DNA of 64,000 nucleotides from Eledone cirrhosa (GCA_964016885.1 OZ024748.1:49786001-49850000); one strand, 5' to 3'. Positions 40,535 to 51,650 are shown, numbered from the stretch's first letter. Numbers and translations: made by a program. Notes: a model not told the origin generated them from the letters alone.

Positions 40535-41670
40535 TGGATGATCAAACTCGTTTTGAAACACGAAAGCACCAAAATGGATGATCAAACTCGTTTTGAAACA
40601 CGAAAGCACCAAAAGATCATATTCCATTACAAAAGATGCACAAAGATACAGTAATGGACTACAAATTTCAGAAGTCCCATTTACTGCTGAAATGGAAAAC
40701 ACAGAAAAAGCAAAGCAGGTAAAAGTAACTGCAAAGAAAGAACTGCTACAGAAACTGGCTAAGAAATGGCAAGAAAAGCCTCTGTATGGAAAATACCCAG
40801 AGCGAGCTAACAATCCTGATGTTGACAAAACTTTAACCCATCAGTGGTTGGCATCCTCTGGACTGAAATCGGAGACTGAAGGACTGATTATATCCGCACA
40901 AGATCAGTGTCTGCCAACAAAAAATTACCAAGCCAACATAATAAAAAATGGGTGCAGCCCATTATGCCGTGTATGCAAAAAACAACCAGAGACCATTGAC
41001 CATATAATTTCAATGTGCAGTCCTATAGCTCCAACCGAATACCTAAACAGGCATGACAGAGCTGCACAATACATACATTGGATAATGTGCAAGCATTTTG
41101 ACCTGCCCCATCAAAAGAATTGGTGGGAGCATCAACCACCTCCCATACTTGAAAAAGATCACATCTCAATCTTGTGGAACTTTAGCATCCAAACAGACCG
41201 AAAAATAGATGCAAATAGACCTGATATAATATTGAAGGACTTTCAAAGGAGGGTATGCCTGCTAATTGATATGTCTGTTCCAATAGACAAGAATGTATCT
41301 ATAAAAACATTTGAAAAATTGAGCAAGTATAAGGACCTGGAGATAGAAATTGGAAAAATGTGGAAATTGAGAACTAAAACAATACCAGTGGTTGTAGGCG
41401 CTCTGGGAATGATACCTAAGGGGTCTAACGACTACTTATCGCAAATCCCAGGAAACCCGCGTATAGGAGAAATACAAAAGATAGTACTAATGGGAACTGC
41501 CCATATACTAAGGAAGATCCTGTCAATATAAGTACATCACAAGTCTAAACACTAAGGATGCATGTGTGAATATGTGTGTTCTTTCTTGAACATGGCGGAC
41601 CTTGTTGTCTCTTGAGGTCACTGGTTGTGACTTGGTGATAACTCGTATAAACATAAAGCAAGATAAATGC
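40534..41670 (+). mobile_element. 5'-truncated R4/Dong-like RLE retrotransposon flanked by (AAT)n on both sides
   Basis: Uninterrupted ORF remnant plus 3' UTR; (AAT)n at 40491-40533 and 41671-41695; 40-bp tandem duplication at the 5' junction. Confidence 0.9.
40578..41531 (+). CDS. C-terminal part of R4/Dong-like ORF: CCHC zinc finger plus restriction-like endonuclease (truncated)
   Basis: CRVCKKQPETIDHIISMC, RHD, RPDIILKD..LIDMSVP..EKLSKYKDL (PD..D/ExK), PVVVGALG. Confidence 0.88.
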   Translation: MIKLVLKHESTKRSYSITKDAQRYSNGLQISEVPFTAEMENTEKAKQVKVTAKKELLQKLAKKWQEKPLYGKYPERANNPDVDKTLTHQWLASSGLKSETEGLIISAQDQCLPTKNYQANIIKNGCSPLCRVCKKQPETIDHIISMCSPIAPTEYLNRHDRAAQYIHWIMCKHFDLPHQKNWWEHQPPPILEKDHISILWNFSIQTDRKIDANRPDIILKDFQRRVCLLIDMSVPIDKNVSIKTFEKLSKYKDLEIEIGKMWKLRTKTIPVVVGALGMIPKGSNDYLSQIPGNPRIGEIQKIVLMGTAHILRKILSI

Positions 41671-41695
41671 AAATAATAATAATAATAATAATAAT

Positions 41696-41978
41696 GTTTT
41701 CTTTATTAACCACAAGGGTTTACATAAAGTAGACATTAAGGACAGTACAGGACAATACAGGACGGTACAAATGGGCATTTCTGCGTGTAAAAAAAAAGAG
41801 GATGTAATAAAATAACAAAGAAAATTCCCCAATAGGGGAGACACTTCCGAGGGACATTTGTGGAGAAAGCCCATTAAAAGACCACAGTGACCCTGACCAC
41901 CAGGGCAAGTGCCCTCTCCCAGTTTTCCACCTTTAATTTACAGACACATACTCAGAGAAGGCCCATTCATTCGGGCCA

Positions 41979-41980
<2 letters not shown>
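41696..41980 (-). mobile_element. Short 5'-truncated copy of the adjacent Tx1 family (3' UTR plus last codons)
   Basis: Closely matches 42058-42362; 3' end in (AAT)n. Confidence 0.92.
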
Positions 41981-42059
<79 letters not shown>

Positions 42060-42320
42060 TTTCTTTATTAACCACAAGGGTTTACATAAAGTAGACATTA
42101 AGGACAGTGCAGGACAATGCAGGACGGTACAAATGGGCATTTCTGCGTGTAAAAAAAACAAAAACAGAGGATGTAACAAAAATAACAATGAAAATAACAA
42201 TGAAAAATTCCCCAATAGGGGGGAGACTTCGGAGGGACATTTGTGGAGAAAGCCCAGTAAAAAGCCACAATGACCCTGACCACCAAGGCAAGTGTCCTCT
42301 CCCAGTTTTCCACCTTTAGT

Positions 42321-45300
42321 TTACAGATATATACTCAGAGTCGGCCCATTCACTCGGGCCATTCTTGCTTCTCTCACCCATCTTTCAACAAAATGCTGGG
42401 AAGAGAGCACTTCCTTCTCTACTCTGATTTTCCTTTTCAAATGAAATTTGAAAAAGTCAATCAGAGCATCACCGAAGAGGTAAGTGCTCGTCTTCAGCCC
42501 TTTCAAACGTGTCCACCATACTATCTCTTTCGCCATGGCCACCAGACAGATAAAAACTGCCTGCCCTTCCCGGCTAAAGGAGGAGGGCGGGGCAATCCTC
42601 ACGATAGACTCAGATGATAGCTGGATCCGTCCTAAACGCGACAGCAGGTGTTCGACATAAACCCACAAGTCAGCAATTTTCGGACACTGGACGAGTGCGT
42701 GCAGGACGGTTTCGTCGCCCTGCGCGCATCTCGGACATGCCCGGCTGACGGCACCTCCATGCCTGTAGAGTTTATCCCGAACTGGCAAGGCTCCTCGGTA
42801 GCACTGCCAGGCCAGAGATTTCTGGAAGTTGTCCATAGGCCCCGGCCCGAAAGTTCTTCCGAAGAGATTGGCTAGTTGATTTTCGTCGACGCCTAGAGTT
42901 TCCCCAAGTACGTCGTCGCTCTTCCCCTCCACTAATCCTCTATAGAACGCCGAGGTGGAGTTTCCACCGATCACATTGCCCGATTGGTCGAGGGCTGTGA
43001 GCGCCTGAAGACATTCCAGTCTCCAGGCGCTCCCTCTCGGTCTTCGCTTGACCCAGGACTGCAGCTCCGTCAAGGAAACGAGCTGGGGAAAAACGCGTCT
43101 AGCAAACGGCGACCACACCTGATCACCGTCGAGGAAGAGGTGGAGATGTCGTAGCCTGAGCGCGTGCCTGCGCATCATCAGCCACGGCATGCCCAGCCCT
43201 CCACGTAGCGGGTGTTGACAACAGATGGACCGCCTGACCATTGGAGCACGTCCCTTCCACAAAAAGCGAAAGAGCAAACGCTCCAGCGCAGTCAGGCGAG
43301 GCTTAGGACAAGGTACGACGGTTAGGCGGTAGCAGATGACAGACGCGATGTACGCGTTAGCCACCTCCGCTCGACCTTTCAGGGATAGCTTCCTCTCCGC
43401 CCATTTCTGGGTGAGAGAAGCCACCCTGCTCGTCACCTCGTCCCAGTTTTTGTCCGTCTGGAGGTCCGGACCGAACCAGACCCCTAGCAATTTAACCGGT
43501 CCGTCCGTCCAGCGCCCGACGACGCTGTTGGACGGCATGGACCTGCCTCTCCAGGTGCCGAGCTGCAGGCCCACTGACTTTTCCTGGTTGATCATTGCTC
43601 CTGTCACCGCTTCGTATTCTCTTAGTGTAGTGCCGATCGCCTCGATGTGTTTGGCGTTCGACACCACTACGGTGACATCGTCGGCATATGCTGACACGGA
43701 TCTTCCGCATCCTAGTTCGCGCGGGACTCCCCTCAACGTCTCCAGTTTGTGCAGTAATGGCTCGAGAGTCAATACGTACAAGAGGGACGAGAGGGGACAT
43801 CCTTGGCGGACCGAGCGCATGATGTTGAACGGTTCCGACAGGTGACCGTTCACTCTCACCACAGAGCAGATGTCGCTGTGCATGGCAGCGATCCAGCCTC
43901 TGAAGACGGGCCCAAAGCCAGCCGCCCTCAGGACTGCCGCTAGGTAACGATGGTCGACCCTATCGAAAGCTTTCGACTGATCTAAATTGATCAAGGACCC
44001 ACCCGTGCCAGGTTCCCTAGCTACCCTCTCTACGATGTATCGCATGAGGTGGAGGTTGTCGTGGATGGATCTGTCGGGAATGGCGCATGTCTGCGCCTCT
44101 CCCACCAGACCACCAACGACAAGCGCCAACCTCTTTGCTAGCACCTTGGCCAAAATCTTAAACTCTGTGTTTAGCAGAGTTATGGGCCGGAAATTGTCTA
44201 TGTTATCCCCCTTGTTCGGATCCTTTCTCAGCAGTGCCACCGCTCCTCGGCTCACAGAACTGGGAATTCTCCCGTTCTGTTGCCAGTTGCAGTAGACGTC
44301 CGCCAAGAGGCCCCCGAACAAGTCTGGCATCTGTACGTAAAGTTCATAGGGCAGACCATCCAAACCAGGCGATTTACCCCTTGTGCAGCCAGTCATTGCC
44401 TCCCTTACTTCAGCGGCTGTTATCGGCTTTTCGCAACACTTCGCCTCAGTGGCCGAGAGCCGCGGCAGTCCGTCGAGGTAGACACTAAAGTCCATCCCTC
44501 TACCCGGCCCACCGCTGCCCCCGAACAGCTGAGCGAAGTGTCGCTGAAAAGCTTCACACATTTGCCCGGGATCGAGTAGCATGCGCCCGTCGTGGTCCAC
44601 CAAAGACCGGATCGTGGCTTTGTTGCCACGTCGCGCCTCCGCCACTCGGGCCCATTGAACGGCTTTCGTCCCCTCGTGTCTGAGAGCACGCACCCTAGCT
44701 CTGACAACGCAGCCTTCGTGCTTTGCATTGAAGAATTGGTCAAGGGCCAATTTCGCCGCAAGCACGTCGGTCGCAATGCCTTTGCTAAGCGCCTCGTCTA
44801 ATTTTCTAACTAGTTCTCCCTCTGCTCTATTTTTCTCTATTGCTAAAGCCTTACTAAACCTAATCGATTCTATTCTAATCGCTCTTTTCAGAGCAAACCA
44901 CCACTTGTTGTTGACGATGGCCCCCGTCAACGACCGCTTAACTAGTTCGCTAATCCGGTCTCTGTAGGCCTTGCGCGCTGGTAAGGACGCGTTTAGCTTC
45001 CAGTAGCCGGGTCCTCGTCTATGAAGCCTATCTAAGTCAAGCACACAGATCACGAATTTGTGGTCCGTGTAGCTGACTATCTTGAATTGTGGACAGCCTA
45101 TGCTAGACCTATCTATTTCCCTACAAAATACTCTATCTAGATATGATCTGGATGACCCTATGCGGTTTGTCCAAGTCCACATTGGCACATTCGGGAAATC
45201 CAATCGGTACCTGTCAGACAGTTCAAAACGCCTGAGCAGGTTGGTGAGGCTCTTGCACCCTCCACCCCTATCCGCTAATCCCACACAGTCCCAGCGTGCA

Positions 45301-45740
45301 TCTAAGATCCCGTTCCAGTCGCCCACTAACACTAAAGAGCGGGACGTTCCAAGAAAGGTCTCCAGACGCCGGAAGAAATCAGGCCGCCCTGCTCCTGTCG
45401 GGGCATAGACGGCCACTAGCCTGAAAGCTTGCCCGTCTCCGCTGGTCACGTCCAGCACCACCAGCTTACCCTCTGGGTCCAGGAAGATGGCCCGTATGGC
45501 GAGATCCAAACCTCTCCGAAAAAGCACAGCAACTCCTCCACCCGATCCAGGACGGCTGGGAGATGCGTACACATCGTAGCCGCCGAAGATCGGTGCGAAG
45601 GCCCGTGCTTCGGAGATTCTGGTCTCGCTGATGGCCACTACATCTATGTTTAGTGACCTGAGGTCGTTGAGCAGGTGACCCTGCTTCCATGACGACCCCA
45701 AGCCACGCGCATTTATGCTGCCTATTCTGAGTGAGGTCAT
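42321..45740 (-). CDS. ORF2: APE endonuclease + reverse transcriptase + C-terminal CCHC zinc finger (1139 aa)
   Basis: SINARGL, SET, VYAP, GDWN, YLDRVF, TDH (APE); KSPGLDG, NFRPITLLN, DQSKAFDRV, SVRQGCPLS, AYADD (RT); CPRC..ETVLHALVQC; no stops. Confidence 0.96.
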   Translation of the reverse strand: MTSLRIGSINARGLGSSWKQGHLLNDLRSLNIDVVAISETRISEARAFAPIFGGYDVYASPSRPGSGGGVAVLFRRGLDLAIRAIFLDPEGKLVVLDVTSGDGQAFRLVAVYAPTGAGRPDFFRRLETFLGTSRSLVLVGDWNGILDARWDCVGLADRGGGCKSLTNLLRRFELSDRYRLDFPNVPMWTWTNRIGSSRSYLDRVFCREIDRSSIGCPQFKIVSYTDHKFVICVLDLDRLHRRGPGYWKLNASLPARKAYRDRISELVKRSLTGAIVNNKWWFALKRAIRIESIRFSKALAIEKNRAEGELVRKLDEALSKGIATDVLAAKLALDQFFNAKHEGCVVRARVRALRHEGTKAVQWARVAEARRGNKATIRSLVDHDGRMLLDPGQMCEAFQRHFAQLFGGSGGPGRGMDFSVYLDGLPRLSATEAKCCEKPITAAEVREAMTGCTRGKSPGLDGLPYELYVQMPDLFGGLLADVYCNWQQNGRIPSSVSRGAVALLRKDPNKGDNIDNFRPITLLNTEFKILAKVLAKRLALVVGGLVGEAQTCAIPDRSIHDNLHLMRYIVERVAREPGTGGSLINLDQSKAFDRVDHRYLAAVLRAAGFGPVFRGWIAAMHSDICSVVRVNGHLSEPFNIMRSVRQGCPLSSLLYVLTLEPLLHKLETLRGVPRELGCGRSVSAYADDVTVVVSNAKHIEAIGTTLREYEAVTGAMINQEKSVGLQLGTWRGRSMPSNSVVGRWTDGPVKLLGVWFGPDLQTDKNWDEVTSRVASLTQKWAERKLSLKGRAEVANAYIASVICYRLTVVPCPKPRLTALERLLFRFLWKGRAPMVRRSICCQHPLRGGLGMPWLMMRRHALRLRHLHLFLDGDQVWSPFARRVFPQLVSLTELQSWVKRRPRGSAWRLECLQALTALDQSGNVIGGNSTSAFYRGLVEGKSDDVLGETLGVDENQLANLFGRTFGPGPMDNFQKSLAWQCYRGALPVRDKLYRHGGAVSRACPRCAQGDETVLHALVQCPKIADLWVYVEHLLSRLGRIQLSSESIVRIAPPSSFSREGQAVFICLVAMAKEIVWWTRLKGLKTSTYLFGDALIDFFKFHLKRKIRVEKEVLSSQHFVERWVREARMARVNGPTLSIYL

Positions 45741-45775
45741 GTTTAAAATAGAGTGGAAAAGATGGGAAAGACCAC

Positions 45776-47869
45776 TTACCGTACTTTTGGTAGAGGAGGG
45801 ATGGTTTTTACATCCCTTTTCACTTGATCGTCTGGTGAAGGGACCGTTGAATCGTCCCTTCGGCTGGTCGTCGGCTCTTCTAAGAGAATGTCTGAATATA
45901 CTCTTCGATTAATGGTTCCTCCTAGGTCCCTGAAATCACCAACTGCGTTGGGGAATTTCGTTTTAATGTTTGTGTATTGTTTCTGTGCTATTTTTAGCAG
46001 TCTTATGTTAGTTGGCGTTTTGATTGGTGCTGGTATTATGTAGTCCTGTTGTGAAATGTCTGTGTGTTCAATTATGTAAGTCATTAGTTTCTTGTTGTGT
46101 GTGTTTATTGCCGTGCATTTGTTTTTCTGGGGGTGGGGTGTGGTTCTGCTATTTTCTTGTCGTTGTTGCTGGGTGTGTGTGTTTTGTTGTTGTGTTTGCG
46201 ATGTTGGTGCTTGTGGTGGTGGTGTTGAAGGTGTTGTTGGCGGTGGGGTTGTCGCCGGTGGTGATGGTGGCGCTAGTGTGGGTGGTGATGGTGTTGGTGT
46301 TGTTGCTGCTGTGGGTCTCTTTGCAGTAGACTTTACCCTTTTCTCATTTCTTTCCTCCCTTTTCAAAGGCGACGATGCGCTGCTTCTGCGTTTGTGCCTT
46401 CTTACGACCTTTTGCCATCTCTCTCCCACCTCACACTCCATGTCTGATTCTGTGAGGTCGGGGAGGGGTACCAACTCCACTCTTTCACTTGTTGTTGTTG
46501 GTGATGTTTGCACTGGAGTCTCTGTTGCAGCTGCATTTGGTATTGCTGTTGTTGTTGTTAGTATTTCCACTGCTGCTGCTGTTTTTGATTTCCGTGGAGT
46601 GGGTATGGGTGCCACGGGCCTATCGTTCCTGGTTGCCCCTTGTCCTGTTGCTGGTAGTCGTGGAGCCGGATTCGGAAGGAGGGGGGTTTTCTCCTTTCTC
46701 AGGGTCTTCTCGTTGCAGAAGGCCCTGAGGTGAGTCTTCGATCCACAGCGAAAGCATTTCGGGCGTTTGCCCTCAACACTTATGGGCAGTTGAGTGCCGT
46801 TATCGAAGTCTATCACATCCGGGATAGCTTCGATGCACTCCTGGTTGGTTTGGATTAGCATCTCAATGGAGGAGCCGACCCAATCTTCTCTTACTTTTTT
46901 CTGTACTTGCAGTACAGTTGTTTTGTCCTCGATTCCGACGAGGACAGACGCGGCCAGCCAAGAAGGGGTCATTCCGGGGGGGACGTGGGTCAGTTTGACC
47001 CTCACAATTTTTTGCCCACAGTAGGAGGGCACCAACACCATTTCCTCGCTCCTTAGGGTCACTACTGATTGGGCCTTTGCCTCCTGGGGTGTGGCAAAAA
47101 GTACGTCTACGGTGGCATATTTTTTGCCTCGGGTGATGTGCGTTTTCCGCTGCCACACAGACCCTAAGGCTTTTTGTATTTGGGCCTCTGTGGCTCTTTC
47201 CACCCTACGGGATTTTGTACTTACTGTACGGTACGTGACCGTACAGTGCTCTTGGCTTTCGAAAAAATTTTTCGCTGCCTTGCAGATTGCTCGGTGTCCG
47301 TTCTTTGTCACCATCTTCTTCGCTTCCTCTAATTCCTCATTTGTTATGAGGATTGTTTCCAAGTTTTTCGCAATACCTGCAAATGAGATTGGTTTTTCTC
47401 TGCTGTTGTTGTTGTCGTCAGAGCTGCTGGTACTTTTGTTGCTGCAGGTACTACGACTACTGCCTCCGCCGCTGTTGCTGTGGTTGTTGTTGGTGTTGCT
47501 GCTGCTAATGCTGTTGTTGTTTATGCTGCTGGTGATGCTGTTGCGGCTGCTACTGTTGTTTTCATTGTCACTGTTGCTGTTGTTATTACGGCTGCTACTG
47601 CTATTATTCCTGACGTCAGACGAATGAACTGGGTTTTCGTATTTCCCGCACACCTGTTTCGTCGCTGTCGTCGTCGTCGTGGAGAAACCTTGCACGCTTT
47701 GCACGAGACTTTTCTTTTCTTTCGTCACTTGCGAAAGAGAAGGGAGGGAGAGAGACACATTTAAAGAAGGGAGGGAGAGAGACAATCTTCTCTCTGCTGT
47801 AGTGATGATTGAGGAAGAAGAAGACGGAATGAGTGGGAGTGACGTATGAAATTTCTTTTTCGTAGCCAT
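45776..47869 (-). CDS. ORF1: nucleic-acid-binding gag-like protein with single CX2CX4HX4C knuckle (697 aa)
   Basis: CFRCGSKTHLRAFC; ISFAGIAK motif; S/N-rich N-terminus and P/T-rich C-terminal region; lies directly upstream of ORF2. Confidence 0.88.
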   Translation of the reverse strand: MATKKKFHTSLPLIPSSSSSIITTAERRLSLSLPSLNVSLSLPSLSQVTKEKKSLVQSVQGFSTTTTTATKQVCGKYENPVHSSDVRNNSSSSRNNNSNSDNENNSSSRNSITSSINNNSISSSNTNNNHSNSGGGSSRSTCSNKSTSSSDDNNNSREKPISFAGIAKNLETILITNEELEEAKKMVTKNGHRAICKAAKNFFESQEHCTVTYRTVSTKSRRVERATEAQIQKALGSVWQRKTHITRGKKYATVDVLFATPQEAKAQSVVTLRSEEMVLVPSYCGQKIVRVKLTHVPPGMTPSWLAASVLVGIEDKTTVLQVQKKVREDWVGSSIEMLIQTNQECIEAIPDVIDFDNGTQLPISVEGKRPKCFRCGSKTHLRAFCNEKTLRKEKTPLLPNPAPRLPATGQGATRNDRPVAPIPTPRKSKTAAAVEILTTTTAIPNAAATETPVQTSPTTTSERVELVPLPDLTESDMECEVGERWQKVVRRHKRRSSASSPLKREERNEKRVKSTAKRPTAATTPTPSPPTLAPPSPPATTPPPTTPSTPPPQAPTSQTQQQNTHTQQQRQENSRTTPHPQKNKCTAINTHNKKLMTYIIEHTDISQQDYIIPAPIKTPTNIRLLKIAQKQYTNIKTKFPNAVGDFRDLGGTINRRVYSDILLEEPTTSRRDDSTVPSPDDQVKRDVKTIPPLPKVR

Positions 47870-48084
47870 GTTGTTTTTTGTTTAAAATGAAATTTTGGGT
47901 ACAAAACCCCAATAACTGGTTATTTAACCCCGAAGGGCCAAATAACGGACAAAAAGACCCCTCTCACGAGGAGGAGGGTGTCTTTATCAACAATTTGGTT
48001 CAAGTTTTAAACAATTTACAATTGTTTTAACGGTTAAAAATTACTATACCTTACAGAGCCGAGCCTCCGTCAACCATGGCATTC

Positions 48085-48114
<30 letters not shown>

Positions 48115-48117
<3 letters not shown>

Positions 48118-48301
48118 TGTTTCTATTTTTGGCACAAGGCCAGCAATTACCCAGTGTATTACTGGTACTTTATTTTATCGACCTCGTAAGGACGAAAGGC
48201 AAAGTTAACCTCGGCGGGATTTGAACTCAGAACGTAAAGGGACGTAACTATGCTGGAAAGCATGGCATCCGACCCTCTACCGATATTGCCAATTCACCGC
48301 C
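48115..48301 (-). mobile_element. Full-length SINE family 1 copy inside the same (AAT)n tract as the Tx1 element
   Basis: Near-consensus copy with (AAT)n on both sides. Confidence 0.92.
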
Positions 48302-48333
<32 letters not shown>

Positions 48334-48693
48334 TTATGATCATATAGTCTTTCGCTTAATGTAAAAATTAAATATATTCACATGCACATTGGAAATTTCA
48401 TATGTATTATTTTCTTTTAAAGAAATTTGTAATTTATATACAATATTCAGCTTATATACATATTTTGAGAAGCAGTCATATTTTTACTAGTGAAAAATAA
48501 AATGCTTTGATTTCCCAAGTGCAAAGCTGAATTGTGAATATATTTACCTTTTTAAAAAATATATTTTATTTATGTGTCTCCGTATCATTGTATTTTACTC
48601 ACTCTCTTTTTATCTATGTATGTAGCCACTCGTCAATATATCCAACCACTCCATCTATATACATACACTTATACGTACTTATATAATACATAC

Positions 48694-48803
<110 letters not shown>

Positions 48804-49571
48804 ATATCAGTTTGTTTACCTGTGGGATAAACGAACTGTCTCCATCTACCTGTCAGTCTCTCTAACTACCGACATACACACTTACACATCCTGCTGTCTA
48901 ACTAACTGGTTTCCTAGCTACATGCCCTTCTCAACAATATACCTTCACTCCTGCCCACCCAACTATGTATATATCTATTTAATTATCCATCTAAGAGATT
49001 CCATACTTTACGAATGAGAAAAAAAAAAAAATATATATAGGAAATATGAATAAATAAAGATGAAGGATTAACAATAAAAACACAACAAAATGATAGAAAA
49101 AAAGGCAGCACAAAGCAAGCAACTTAACTGAAAATAAATAATCACTTGTACCTTATATGTAACCTTACATAAGCAACAATAATTGCATGCAAATAACATT
49201 TCTGTCGGAGTAAATGAAGGCCGTGACATTGTAGGGCAGCAAGAATTTGATTGGCTCTAAAACTCTAAGAATAAAAAAATAAGAAAATAAGAATTACACA
49301 CGCACATACACACATATATACACAAAAGAAAAGTTAAAGGAGTATTTGGGGATTTTCTATAGAAAATAGCCTGCAGAATATTGAAAAAATAAGGATGACA
49401 CAATCGTAAGTTAAAGTGAAATAATGGCAGCAAGCGGCAATTATGTGAAACTGGATAATTTCAGCTAGTAATTCTTGCTAGAAGTTATACTTCGTGAAAA
49501 TTAAAGCAAATCCATCACTATCTTTATTTTTCACTAACAGACACACACACATACACACGCACACTCGCTTG

Positions 49572-49658
<87 letters not shown>

Positions 49659-49711
49659 CCACATATATATATATATATACGCACTCTTTTACTATTTTAC
49701 CTGTTCCAGCC

Positions 49712-49751
<40 letters not shown>

Positions 49752-49850
49752 TATATGAGGTTATAGTGTGCTACTTTACTATTTTCATTGAATTGTTCTG
49801 GTTGCATTTTGAAACGTTCGTAGGTGTATAAATAAACAATTATATTAAGT

Positions 49851-49894
<44 letters not shown>

Positions 49895-50284
49895 CCTTAT
49901 GTGATGAACAAAAATGAACATTTTCCACAACATTAATATTTCTATATAATAATGTTGATAATATTATTGATGGTGATGATGATGATGATTATTTGATGAC
50001 CATAATAATGATAATTTTGTTTTATTGGTCACAGGAGTCAATTCATAGCTTCAGAATTCATGGTTCTATGTGCATATTTCTATGTAGCATACATGAATGG
50101 GCGGGTAGTGCAGTGGAGCAAATATACCTTATAATATGTTGACACGGGTGAAATAATTTAGCGCACAAAAGAAATACAATCAACGGCAACTGATCTATTA
50201 CTGAATAAGAAGCAGACACATACAAGGAGCCATATATATATATATATACATATATGTATATATGTACACACACACACGCACACG

Positions 50285-50404
<120 letters not shown>

Positions 50405-50427
50405 AACACACATACGCACACACACAT

Positions 50428-50482
<55 letters not shown>

Positions 50483-50496
50483 CACACACACACACA

Positions 50497-50587
<91 letters not shown>

Positions 50588-50604
50588 ACGCAAACACACA
50601 TACG

Positions 50605-50636
<32 letters not shown>

Positions 50637-50806
50637 GTTAAATAAGATAACAAGGATGATTGGTTACTCCTTCATTACGTTTATTGGTTGGTGACACGCG
50701 TTTCGCCACTGACCAGCTCAAGGTTCGATCTGTATCGATCTGACCTGACTCTGTAATCCGCGGCTCGTCGGACCCCTTGTAATATTAATGGAATACTGAA
50801 TAATGA

Positions 50807-50847
<41 letters not shown>

Positions 50848-51029
50848 CGTGTGTGTGTCTGTGTGTTTAAAAAAGGTAGGCGAAAACAGCGGAAAAACGG
50901 ACGAAACATGGAGCAGTTCCGTCTCACCAGTCGACTGCTGGCGATACGTTGTATCAGTGCTTTACAGTCGACTACAACTGTCTCCAGTACACACATGCAT
51001 TAATTTAGCTATGAACCTTGTCTCTTTCT

Positions 51030-51072
<43 letters not shown>

Positions 51073-51129
51073 ATTAGTGCTCTGATATCGCAATATGCAT
51101 CTGAAGGTACATATTGTATATTTAATGAT

Positions 51130-51650
51130 ATTTAATGATATGAAAAAACATTTGGAAGGCCTTTGCTATGAATTTTAGGGTTGTGACGATCACAACATAC
51201 CTAGCTTCAGCAAAAACAGGGGGAAGTAATCAACTATGCCACCGTTACTAATTTCTTAGCAATTATCAAGATTACATATCTCCCTGCCTTTGCTGAAGCT
51301 AAAGTAATCTAAAGTTTCATAAACTTTCCGTATATTATTAAGTATACAACACGTACATTTATATGTATATCGCTACGTCGGAGCACCAATGCAAATGTTC
51401 AGTTTATACCGAGCTAGCTACCACTCCGTATGCAAATGAGTTTCATCAGCTCAGACACATAAACAGAATTCTATAAGAATCAAGCTTAGTTTAACATCAG
51501 CAAAGGCAGGGAGATATGGAATCTTGATAACTTTTAAGAAACGGTGACATCGTTGATTACTTTCACCATATTTTTGTTGAAGCTAGGTATGTGACAATCG
51601 TCACAATCTTAAAATTCATAAGCAAAGGTCTTCCAAATATTTTTCGTAAA
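51130..51650. repeat. Imperfect long inverted repeat (arms ~51135-51305 and ~51485-51648); arm homologous to 5605-5710
   Basis: catacctagcttcagcaaaa..tatctccctgcctttgctga mirrored by tcagcaaaggcagggagata..ttttgttgaagctaggtatg. Confidence 0.75.

Larger units (their letters stand above)
42058..48084 (-). mobile_element. Full-length, apparently intact Tx1/L1-clade LINE (~6.0 kb) in an (AAT)n microsatellite
   Basis: ~215-bp 5' UTR, ORF1, 35-bp spacer, ORF2, ~260-bp 3' UTR ending aataaagaaa; (AAT)n directly on both flanks; GC content far above surroundings. Confidence 0.95.

Noticed and set aside
42648-47912. Short ORFs overlapping or antisense to Tx1 ORF1/ORF2
   Set aside because: Shadow ORFs expected in GC-richer coding sequence; no motifs.
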